Of a DNA stretch of 64,000 nt, positions 1 to 10,900 are shown one piece after another. The first letter of the stretch is position 1. Every line of letters starts with the position of its first letter. Made by a program: the position numbers and the translations under genes. Source of the DNA: Monocercomonoides exilis PA203 (lineage: Eukaryota; Protista; Preaxostyla); contig LSRY02000029.1 of NCBI GenBank assembly GCA_001643675.2, positions 124,001 to 188,000 on the forward strand, in the 5' to 3' direction. The notes beneath the pieces are model-generated. The model ran no database searches, was not told the DNA's origin, and saw only the letters and a program-made list of their open reading frames with translations.

Positions 1-2171
1 GTAAATTCTGAATATTCATTCTTCATTGCCTGCTCCCCAATCCCATTCACTTCATCCACATACACTTTCTCCAGCCCAAAACTAAGCCAAGAATCTTTCA
101 ACATATAATCAGTACCATTCTTCAGTATAAGTCTCTTTGTTTTTTCAAATGGATTAGTTTCGTCATTCTTTGGTGAAGAGAACGAAGAATAGCAATTCGA
201 AAACAGATTTTTTTTTATCATTTGGTCTGAATCATCAACAAACACATCTGTTCCGTAGGAGCCACTTTTCTCTCCCAAATACGAATTCAGAAAAACGCAG
301 TATTCAAACAGGATTGCTAGCTCGCTTAGCGCTTCAGGGATAACAAACGAAGGGCCAAGAACAACATAGCAACTTCCTCCGCTTCCCCTCTTCTTGTTCC
401 CGTTGCTCTCAAACTTGTTGTTCGAACAGCACACCCAGCTTCTCCCTGAAGCAGAATTTCCCATTGGGGGAGAAGACAAATATACAGCTCCTCCTCCAAA
501 CTCTTCTCCTTCGTCTTCGTCTTCTCCTTCTCCTTCTCCTTCTCCTTCTCCTTCCTGATTTCTTTGCTGTGTTGGCGGTTTATCTGGTTCTTTTGGCTCG
601 TCTGGAACATTCGTGTAGCATGAAATGAACTTCGAGTCATAAATAAGGCATTTGTTCCCTTCTTCATTCGAGTCAAGCTTTTCATTAGATTTTTTCCCCT
701 TTTCATTGAAATATCTCAAAGTTCCCATTTTATTTGAAGTGCATTCTTCGACAGCAACCGCTCCGCCTTTGCAGCTGCTTCTGCAGTCTTCGAAGCGGCA
801 CGCCTCGACACAGAAATCGTAGCTAACTTTCTTTGCATGTACAGCACCGCCCACACCGCCAATTGAAGAAGAAGAAGAAGAAGAAGAAGAATCAGCATAG
901 ATTTTTCTGAAAAACTGAGAAAATTTGTTTGCTGTGTTTGCAACACCACCGCATGAGCAGTTCAGAAAAGCGCATTTTTGAATCGTCATGCTTTTCACGC
1001 TGTCTGCCTCGATAGCGCCTCCGCTGTCTGACGCAGTGCACTTGCTGAATTGGCAATCGTTCACAGTGAGCGTCGAATCTGGCTGCGAGGAGAAGAAGAT
1101 TGCACCACCAGACGGAGAAATATCAGAATCAGCAGTTGAAGTGCAGCCTTCGAAGCTGTCTTGTGTGAATGTTGTGTTGGTGGTGATTGATGTCTGTTCG
1201 CGGTGCACTTCGTTTGGAGACGAAGTTCGAAAGCAGCGCAGATAGGTGTTGTTGCGAGAGAGAAACGTGAATGTTTGGGGCAATGAAGATGATGATGAAG
1301 GATTGATTGATGGAATGATACCTCCATAAAACACATCCTCAACATCTGAAAAAGTGCTTCCGAAAATAACAATATTTTTGTTGCTGCTTGACGAGTCAAT
1401 TTGCCCATCATTTGCCTTCTTCGTTGTTATTGTTATGTTTTTAAAGCTGCTCTTTGAAATAGATAAGGAGCCGATGGATTCCATTGAAAGAAACGGAGAG
1501 GAATCTAGCTGGAATGAAGAAAATGTCGAAGTTTCCAATATTAACGATCCTACCGGTATTGAAATTTCTTGTATGAAAGATAAAGAGATAAGAGGCTGTA
1601 TCAACGCCACGCCATTTATTTGTTGAAAAGAAGTATTTTTCAATGTTATATCACTTCCACAAGAAGAAAATATACTTTTTGTCCATTTATCCAGATCCAA
1701 AAAGAAGCATGATGATAAAGACAATGTAGATAAGTTGCAGACAAAAGAAGAATCAACGGTATTGCGCTTCATAATGGTTAAATTAGAAATCATCAAAGAT
1801 GAATTTTTAGCAATGAAAGACGTGGAAATGCAGTTTCTTCCGGAATTGATACCACCACCATCGCAATCTGTAATTGGAAAATCACCTGTAATATTCAGGC
1901 TGACTGAAATTTTTTGTGAATCTTTAAAGAAAATAACAATTTTAACATTCATAAAAAAATGCATATTCATCAACCAAAAGCACATAAGCATTTTTAATAA
2001 TAAATAGGAAATAAGCAAACATTCGACATTTACTGGCTGAATGCAATTAGAAGGCAAAGAAGAATATATAAAACTGTTTTCCTCATTCTCAATAAATTGG
2101 TGTGATGCAGAAACAGAGCGAGAAAATACAAGAAGAAAAATTTGAGTAAATACGCCACAGATGGCCATCAT
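1..2171 (-). CDS. Cys-rich secreted/surface protein with parallel beta-helix (GGA[IV]) repeats; 3' end lies outside the window
   Basis: Not in the ORF track, apparently because it runs off the window. My translation from ATG 2171: MMAICGVFTQIFLLVFSRSVSA (signal-peptide-like) ... DVEDVFYGGIIPSIN ... DGGAIEADSVKSMTIQKCAFLNC ... GGAVHAKK ... GGAVAVEEC; the same frame is open at position 1. Possible in-frame 99-nt intron 2020-1922 (GTTTGC...AAAG). Confidence 0.75.
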   Translation of the reverse strand, partial: MMAICGVFTQIFLLVFSRSVSASHQFIENEENSFIYSSLPSNCIQPVNVECLLISYLLLKMLMCFWLMNMHFFMNVKIVIFFKDSQKISVSLNITGDFPITDCDGGGINSGRNCISTSFIAKNSSLMISNLTIMKRNTVDSSFVCNLSTLSLSSCFFLDLDKWTKSIFSSCGSDITLKNTSFQQINGVALIQPLISLSFIQEISIPVGSLILETSTFSSFQLDSSPFLSMESIGSLSISKSSFKNITITTKKANDGQIDSSSSNKNIVIFGSTFSDVEDVFYGGIIPSINPSSSSSLPQTFTFLSRNNTYLRCFRTSSPNEVHREQTSITTNTTFTQDSFEGCTSTADSDISPSGGAIFFSSQPDSTLTVNDCQFSKCTASDSGGAIEADSVKSMTIQKCAFLNCSCGGVANTANKFSQFFRKIYADSSSSSSSSSIGGVGGAVHAKKVSYDFCVEACRFEDCRSSCKGGAVAVEECTSNKMGTLRYFNEKGKKSNEKLDSNEEGNKCLIYDSKFISCYTNVPDEPKEPDKPPTQQRNQEGEGEGEGEGEDEDEGEEFGGGAVYLSSPPMGNSASGRSWVCCSNNKFESNGNKKRGSGGSCYVVLGPSFVIPEALSELAILFEYCVFLNSYLGEKSGSYGTDVFVDDSDQMIKKNLFSNCYSSFSSPKNDETNPFEKTKRLILKNGTDYMLKDSWLSFGLEKVYVDEVNGIGEQAMKNEYSEF

Positions 2172-2400
2172 GAAATATATGCGCTTAATTTCAAGAAAAA
2201 TATAAATCTTTCAGGCTATGTAGATCTACCCATAATAATGCTTTTGACAGAAAAAGAAGAAATTTTGCGTGGAGAAATCGGGATAGAACGGAAAAATAAC
2301 TTTCATATGATTTATGAAGGATATTAGAAAAGTTCTTTAAGAGGATTGGTACTATTTATGGAATTTTTTTATAAAAATGCGAGTGAAGTTATAAACATAT

Positions 2401-2925
2401 AGCGAATAATACTTGCGTTCAAGCTTTTTTTGTTCAAAGCATGAAAAAATTGGTTCACATATAACATTATTCAACTTGACCAGATTTGGAAAAATTTGGG
2501 TTTTTCTTATCTGCAATAAGCCCTCATTGATGTTATTACAAAAAGAATTGTGGCATTCCATTTGTGTCTGAAAATGAACACATTTAAATTGAATATATGG
2601 GTGATTATTTTTGAAATCAAATTTTCTCTATCAAAATTTTCTGTTCCAAAAATTCACTTGATTATTTACAAATGAATTCTGAAAAATGAAAAGGCTTATT
2701 AGAGACATCTGCATCTTTATTTGAGCCAAAACATTAGTTTTCAAAATAGTTGTGATTATTTTTGCATCTAAATACAAAATATCTTCCATATGACAAATAA
2801 ACTTTGAAAAACATACACACCGAAATAAATTCTGATTTCAAAAATAATCACCCATATCGAACATAAAAAGCTTATAAAAATTACAAAATTTTATAATGAA
2901 AAAGCCAAAAGAAATATTTCCACCC
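2401..2925 (-). mobile_element. MITE family B, degenerate copy, interrupted by a family A MITE
   Basis: TTCAAGCTTTTTTTGTTCAAAGCATGAAAAAATTG (2418-) matches the reverse complement of the B copy at 3412-3678. Right end AAATATTTCCACCC at 2925. Length is 266 bp after removing the nested A element and one target copy. Flanks ATAT / AGAT. Confidence 0.65.
2599..2853. mobile_element. MITE family A (255 bp)
   Basis: Perfect 21-bp TIR GGGTGATTATTTTTGAAATCA (2599-2619) / TGATTTCAAAAATAATCACCC (2833-2853), flanked by ATAT on both sides. Same length as the copy at 63288-63542. Confidence 0.85.
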
Positions 2926-3411
2926 AGATACAAATAATACAAAAAATACAAAGTGTTAAATAACAAGCAATGCCTGTTTTTTGATGCGAAAATTTAATTC
3001 ATTCTGTAACTTGAGGAACAGAAATATAATAATGACAAAAACTTGAATTTAATGACTTGTGCAAAAAAAGCTAAAAAGTTATATTTTTCTCCCATAAATA
3101 GAAGATCGAAAATTCCATTAAAAGAATAATGTTTGAGGTTTTTATATCCACGGTTGAAAATATCAAAAACACTATTTATTCTTATTAAACGATGATTTGA
3201 AAAACAACCTCAGATTTTCCCGTTGTGATTATGTTTTGTTGAAAATGTTTGAAAGGAGATTGCAGAAGAAAACGGAGAAGATGACAAAATTCAACAGAAG
3301 TGTGAAGACGACCGTGAAAGAAAGAAAAACTACAAACAAACAAAAAAAAAAAAAGACAAAAAAATTATGGTGAAGTTGGAATGTTGGAAGGAGGCAGAAT
3401 TAAAAAAATAT

Positions 3412-3678
3412 GGGGCAAAATATTTTTCTTCAGGCATTTTCATCGAAAAATTATGCACTTTAAATTGACTTTTTGATTCCAAAAAACACAATAAAAATGG
3501 ATTAATTTTTTGAAATACGTTTGAGGAAGCCAAACATAATGTAACTATATAAATGATGTTTTTTTCAAATATAAAAATCAAATTCATTTTGAAATCTGAG
3601 AAAGCGAAATAAAGTTATGAGTGAAACAATTTTTTCATGCTTTGTGCATAAAAAGCTTGAAAGTCCATATTTTCCCCC
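3412..3678 (+). mobile_element. MITE family B (267 bp)
   Basis: Ends GGGGCAAAATAT ... ATATTTTCCCCC with ATAT on both sides; colinear with the copies at 22593-22861 and (reversed) 22198-22466. Confidence 0.85.
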
Positions 3679-4931
3679 ATATTATTGGTACATTATTAAC
3701 AACAAAAAAGGATTCTTAAAAACAAAGAATATAGAATAACAAAAAATGAAGTTCATCAATAATAATAAATTTTGGGCAAATAATAAATCTCTTGAAACAT
3801 TTCGAATAAAGCATCAAACAGTTTGTCACAATTGAAACATTAGTAATTTTGGAATCAGAATGTTTTCAGAAACAATCGGTTGTTTTTTAATTGTTCAAGA
3901 CAGCGTGAAAGACAACTTCAAATAAAAATTAAGAATTTTCAAATGATATTTCTGATTATGAATTTGAGAGCGTTTGAAAAAAGAAATTTGATGATGATAC
4001 CGTGCCACTTTCATTTAATGCATAAAAATTATTTCTAAAAGTTGGATCAGGATGAACAAATAAACAAACAATCAATCAATCAAAAAATAAATTAATAAAA
4101 ATAAAAATATATATATATAAATTTGCAAATAATGAAAAAGATAATTTTGAAACATCTGCAACATTATTGAAAAAGATATTTTCAGAAATTCTTTAAATTA
4201 TCAAACAAAAGATATAGAAATTAATGCTGAATTTTATTCTTATCACCAATAATTTCTCTGTTTTAATGTGTTAATAATTTATTCGTTTTTCATGTTAATA
4301 ATAAACAGTTTGAGATTTCTTTAGTATTCTTTTCAATTCAACTTGGAGAAAACTATGTGCTTTGTTTTTTTGAGAAAATTCATTCAAAGCACGTGAAATT
4401 CTCTTTAGTGATTAAAAAGAAACTTTTAATAAACTGTGGAGAACTCATTAGCATGTGTTTTATGAAATGTAAATTTGCAAAAGTTAAGAATCTGATTTTT
4501 TGCAGAACAACGAAAAATGGATACACAGCTTTAAATCATATACAACACAGTTTCTCTTTGTGGGTAAAAAACAAGAAAAAAAATCTCAAAGCAAATATTT
4601 CCATTTCAATGAGAATGACAAGATAAACATTCATGAAATCAATACATAGAAATATTCGCAATACATACACACCTTCCACAATGGAACGGGAAAATTGCAG
4701 AATGAAATGATGATGGATAATGATGATGGATGATGAATGAGAAACAATTCTTCAATAAAAGCTTCGAAAAAAAGGTGATTGATTAACTGCAAAACAGAAA
4801 AGAAAATTCAAAGCAAAAAACTCAAATATAACAGCAACGTTCATTCGTTTGTTTAAACCTCCTGCATCCCCAACGCACATATCCAGCAGCGCCATTTCAT
4901 CACCAAATTCTTTGCTAATCCTATTGCTCTC

Positions 4932-7900
4932 CTACCAAGAAACCAATTCACAGCTCGAGCTGCTTCCACGCTTTTCCACTTCGCTCGCATACTCCATATC
5001 AATCGCATCAGAAACAGTCACAATCGTTGCTCCCTTCGGAAACCGCTGGATGAACCCCCGCTTCAGCACTGCAAGTGTCGGCCGCTCATTTTTCTGTTGA
5101 GATAAGCACTTTTCCATCACTTCTTCCATCTCCGCACTGCATCCCACTCTCATCCGCGGTCTCTCCCCATTCACAATCTTCTCACCAGCCGTTACAGCTT
5201 CATATTCTCCAAATGGAATATCAAGCGTCAGACACTCCCACAGCATCATCCCAATCGTGAATGCAACAGTCTTCTTCGTCGCATGCTTCTTCCCTCCATT
5301 CAACAGCTCCGGTGCCATCCACCTCAGGCATTCCTTCCTGTTGTCATCCTCATCCTCAAACGCAGATGAGGGTAGAGAATCTCCGTCATCATTATCATCA
5401 CTTGCTGATGTCACAACAGTTGATGTTGAGATGGAAGAAGAGTCTGAGTCATCAGACGAGAAGTCTGAATGCATCACGATGCAGATCACCATATGCTCGG
5501 AGAATAGAACAATGTGAGGACTCAGACTGGACAATGATTGGAGTTTGTTTTCCATCTCACCAAACGAGTGGAGTGCTCCATTCGCCACCCAGAACAGGAT
5601 TTGGGCAGCTGTCACTTCCCTCTCTTCCAAAGAGCTAATAGGCATCTCCTTTGTCTTATTTCTTCCATGCAGCAGCATGAACAATGAATCCCTCAGATCC
5701 ACAATCAGCTTCTCATGAGGAGAAGAACAGGCCATTGCATCCACCAAATTCGACATTGACGAGGTGGTTGGGCACAGATCCTCCCCTCGAACAAATGTCG
5801 TGTCTGTATCTGAAGTATCTGTGGATGAAATGGATGGTGATGGTGTTCTTTTCCTTGCCTCTTCTTCTTCAACCTTTTCCAATGCCCATTCTGGGATCTT
5901 GTCTGAATCTCTCCCCAGAATGTATTCAGTTGAGCCACTCTCACTCAATAAATGCTCTGATGACTCCGAGTGTCTCAAACTTTTCTCATACACTCTCTTC
6001 TTCATCCTTTCATCGTTCTTCTTCTCAGCTTCCCTCTCTGCTCTTCTCCACTGCTCCTCAGGTGACATCTCCATCGTCACCATTTCAAATGCCTTCGGAT
6101 CTTTCTTCACCGTATCATTCACAATCTCTTCTAATTCTTCTGTTCTTCTCTTTTGCTTTCTCCATCTAACTGCCAATATTATTGACACAACAAGTACAAT
6201 CAACAACATCACAACTAATAAAACGATCACAATCAATGCCCTCGATGATTTTCCTTCCTTTCCTTCCTCAACAATCCTTTCATCTCCTTTTGATTCAATC
6301 TCACTTCTATTCTTTAGAACAATATGATTCGTGGAGCATGGTTTGTCTGACTTTCCAAACAGGACAAAACATTCCACAGATGATTCCTCCGAAGCCTTCG
6401 AAATAGTTGATGATGAGATTAATCCGATTGCTGTGCTCTCATTGATGTATCCTTCTTGATGAAACTGATACGTCTCAACTAATTCTGAATCATTCCTTGT
6501 AACAACAATCCTGAACAAAAGGTTGCAAGGCAAAAGAAGGGTTCCTTTGAATGTCAACATTGTTTTCTCTTTTCCCCCTCCTGCTTCTTCTTCAACTGCC
6601 ACTGAATTGAGTGTTGGCAAGAAGAATGGAGATTCCCGCTCTCCAGCTATTCCAGACAAAGCACATCCTCCATCCAGAATCCACAGTGAGGTGTTGTCTT
6701 TCACTCCATCTCCTCCTTTCAGACTGACAACATTCAGTGTGCCATTCCCGCTGCATGCAATGTTCCTTCGTGCTGACCGATATTCCGTAATAGACGCACC
6801 GTTGCCAGTAAACTCTCCTTTCTCGATTGTGGTGCTCCCTCCACAAATCGTCATCCCTCCACTTGAAGCATTCCCAATCGTCGTGTATCTGACATGTGCT
6901 GACGTGTTGCCAAAATCAACAACAGATCCATTCCATTTGCACAATTCTTCGTATATCTTATTTGCATGCTCCAATTCTTCATTGGATGTGAAACCACTCA
7001 GAACACACGATTCCACGCAGCAATCCTTGCTTGACGAAACAGAAATTATGCTGCCAGCTCTTATCAACGAGCTGCAGCTCGAATAAGAGCAATTCAACAT
7101 TCGCACTGCAATTCCTTTGCATTTCACAGAAAATACAGATGGTTTTTCAGAAGTCTGAGTGATGTTGCAGAATTGCGAAAGAGAAACTGAAATGTTTCTG
7201 CCATCCCCATCGCCATTCTCTTGATCATTCTCTTGATGGTTTGCAGAATTAGCTTCACAGATAGTACTGCCACTGATAAGAGTGATGTTGTTTGCTTCGA
7301 TCCGCTCTCCAACAACAGATCCTCCAGAGTACTCAATAACCGAATCCAGCTTCAGGTTGCTCACAAGCAATCGATCGATTTCCAACAACCCGGTTTCGCA
7401 CAGCAGCAAAGAAGGCACATTCGAACAGTCAATCCCTTCTTTCGGACTGAATGAGCGTGTCTGAATGGACACACTTCCTGAGCATAGCTTCATCAGATGC
7501 AGATGAGACGATGGGAAAGAAGAAGCAAATTCAAAGCTCAGCAACTCCAGTTCAACGAATTGCTGTGCTTCTATCACCCAACTTCGACTGCTCCCTGACA
7601 AACCAGAAAACCACACTTTCGCTTGTTTCTTTGATTTCGAAACAACACACACATCTTTCAGATCCAACTCACTTCCTATCTCCCCAGCTCCATCCACACG
7701 AATGCGCATATCATCGCTCGCTGCAAGATGCGTCAAACCATATTCAATTGAATAGCATGGATCTTTTACTGTCCCGCATTTCTTGATATCCTTCCCTCCT
7801 TTCCCTTCAATCGATGAAACAACAATCGTCTCTGATTGGTAAATCAAAATGAAATCCATCGGATCCATTGCTTCTGAACTTTCTGAGTCAACCCCAAATA

Positions 7901-10900
7901 TCGCGTTGTATCGCACAAATTCGCTCTCCCTCAAGTCCAGCTTGAACAGCGTCTCGTTGATCTGTCTCGAGATGTTCCAGCACTCAACGAAAATGTCTCT
8001 CCCTTCCTTTCCGCTGTTCGAGTCAAACTCGTCCCTCTCAAACAGCATTCCCAGCTCCCCTGAATACTTCAGCGCCAGATACAATCCCCCTCCTCGACCC
8101 ATCGTCACAGAGCATCCACACTGAATAACCTTCGAATTCACCACTCGGATCATGCTTTCATTGCTTAGGTCAGCAAAAATTGCTCCCCCTTTCGCTGAAG
8201 CACCTGCTGCACACACTTCAAGCACGCTGTTGTTAATCTCCACATCAGTCGTCAGCGTTGTCGGTACAGTCAGCACACTCGCTCCACCAGCCAGTCGTGT
8301 CACTCGTTGGATTGATGAGTCCCTCAACTTCAGATAACTCTCTCGATTTCCTTCGCTCTGCAGGGGTTCTTCCATCGCAATCACCGAACCATCCTCCATC
8401 ACGATGCCGAACACATTCACATCAACAATGTTGCACTGGCAGATGCTCGCCACATCCATCACATTGCTTTTCATCCGGCTCACCTCAATATACAGCCCTG
8501 ACACATTCAGACTCCCCGATTTCATGTGAAGAAACATGATATCTTTGCACAGTGACGACGAAGCTGCAATCGAAAGAAGCGAACAAAGCGTTATGCAAAT
8601 CGATCCCTTGCCACTTTCTATGAGCAGCATCCTTCCATTCGCACTGCCATCAATCGTGAAGTTCATCATCCGAAACGAAAGCTGCTTTTCATTCCCAAAA
8701 TACGCCTTTCCATCTTCCGCTATTTTGTTCTTGAACAGCAGAATCCCATGCTTCATCTCCGCTTCCTCATCCTGCTCGCTTCTCACAACAAATTCTGAGA
8801 GATCGTAGCTCTCCTGCAATTCTGCTGTTCCTTCAATAATCATTTCTCCAACTTGCCCAGAATTGTCAGCATGTTCAACACCCTTCCAAAATGTGCCGCA
8901 TGGAATTATCTCGCTTCCACACCCAGCAACATCGTGGCCAGTGCTCGATATGTAAACTGACCAGCTCGAATACTCAATCAGAAATACAAACAAACTGACT
9001 TCTTCAAACACCAAGTCACTCCCCACAAAAGCGTTCTCATCATCTTTCATCGAAGAATACTCAAAATCAAAAGCACCATTCTTCACTGTTACATTCAAGT
9101 CCGAAGCTTTCATGAAATTGTTCTTTCCAATTGCTGCCACATTCGATTCAAATGATACCTTTTCCAGCAAATAGCAATTCTCTGAATCATCCGAAAAATC
9201 GAGGAACATTCCCCCTCCCTTTGCGCCATCTTCCTTTGCATTACAACCATTCATGCTCGAGTTGAAGATCTTCAGCTCGTCTCTTCCTTCCATCATACAA
9301 CTCATAAACCCACCATCTCCTTCCTCCCCGATGCATCCTTTAATGGTGCAATTATTAATTTCCGCTTTCAAACAGTCAGCAACTTCCACATTGCTGCAAA
9401 CAGCGGAAGCGCACTCCTCGAACGAAACAGTTGACAAAATTATTGAATTCATTCGCTCCACTTTGATGACTCCTGACTTTGTCGCATTGATTCCCCTCAC
9501 ATTTGCCTTTTCCATCAAAAGAGAGCCTCCTTGCGCACAGCACAATCCTCCATTCCCTTCAAACTGCAGATTATTCATTTCTGTCCCATCCACATGCACT
9601 GACCCTCCTGTCGAGTGAATAATCAACAAATTTGTCACAAGCACAGGCACAGCTTCTGAAAAGCCATCAAAAATGCAATCAATGATATCCAACTCTCCAC
9701 AGCCAATAGTTATCAATTCTGGGTTGTTTGACACCCCAGGCAGCTCAAACAATATCTTGCTGAACACAACGTTCAGATCATTTGCTCCATTTGTCTGCTC
9801 AAAGTGGCCGTTTTCCTTCACAGAAAGCACAGACTTCTCTTCGCAGCCTTGTATCCTCAGCGACAAGCCAATTCGCTTGATCTCACTTTCCACAACAACC
9901 GATCGCACAATGAACATCCTCGTCTGAACGGCTGCCATCTTCCCAAAACCCTCATCCATCGTCAGGCAAGGCAACACTTCTGTCCCACACCTCTCCATCC
10001 TCGTCCCAAGCTCGGTGTCAACATACATCGTCTGCTCATCATACACAAACAGATATTTTCTCATTGACTCATCCACTTTGTGTGTGCTCACATCGTCAAA
10101 CACCCACATGTCTGCCTCGCCCATTTCCTTTTCCGCTGACCCTGCAAATAAACCAGGCTCAACAACAAATCGTGGTGTTGGGCACACAAGATAGAGGTTT
10201 CGGCCCTTCTGTGCTCCATTCTCCGAAAACACAATTTTCTTCAATGAATACACACAATTTGTCGCTTCCAGTGTCACAAACAGTCCTCCCCCAAACCCAT
10301 TTTCTGCACAGACTTTGCTCTCTGAAACCGTGTTGTTGTCAAAAACAAATGACCCGCTGCTTTCCACAGCAACAAACAAGCTCCCGCCTTTCATCCCTCC
10401 TTCTGTGATGTTGTTTGACAGAAACGAACAATCGCTGATGTTCATCAAATTTCCTTCACAAACTCTCCCAGCAATCACTCCTCCACACCCTGCGCCTCTG
10501 CTCACCCCTGAAAATGTGCTGTTCTCCAGATTCAACACACTCACTCCACTCACTTCAAAAAGCGCACATGCTGGCTCTTCACTCATGCAGAATTCCGAAT
10601 TACCAACAGACAACTTCCCAATGTTTCTGATTTGCACCAACCCAGACTCCAGATTTGTTGTTGTGTTTTCAAAATGGCAAGAGGCCATCTTCAGTTCAAT
10701 CTTGGCTCCACCTCTTGCATCAAAATCCAAGAGCTGCTTCATTTCTAAAGATAAGTCCTTGAATGTGACACCTTCAAGGCTGATTTTTCCTCCAACCCCA
10801 CGCATCACACAAAAGCCAATTTTGCTGTTGGAATTCGCATTCGCAAAGAACGAGCAGTTTTCCAAGGATAGTTCTGATTGAGTGCATTTCATTAGCGATT

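Noticed and set aside
2595-3682. Reading the MITE flanks as canonical TA duplications
   Set aside because: It fits the palindromic ATAT sites but fails for the B copies with ATTT and the C copy with AAAT.
3330-4626. Short AT-rich ORFs in spacers (also 14166-14450, 21708-22333, 62523-63456)
   Set aside because: F/K/I/N-rich chance ORFs, several of which overlap MITEs or transposon ends.
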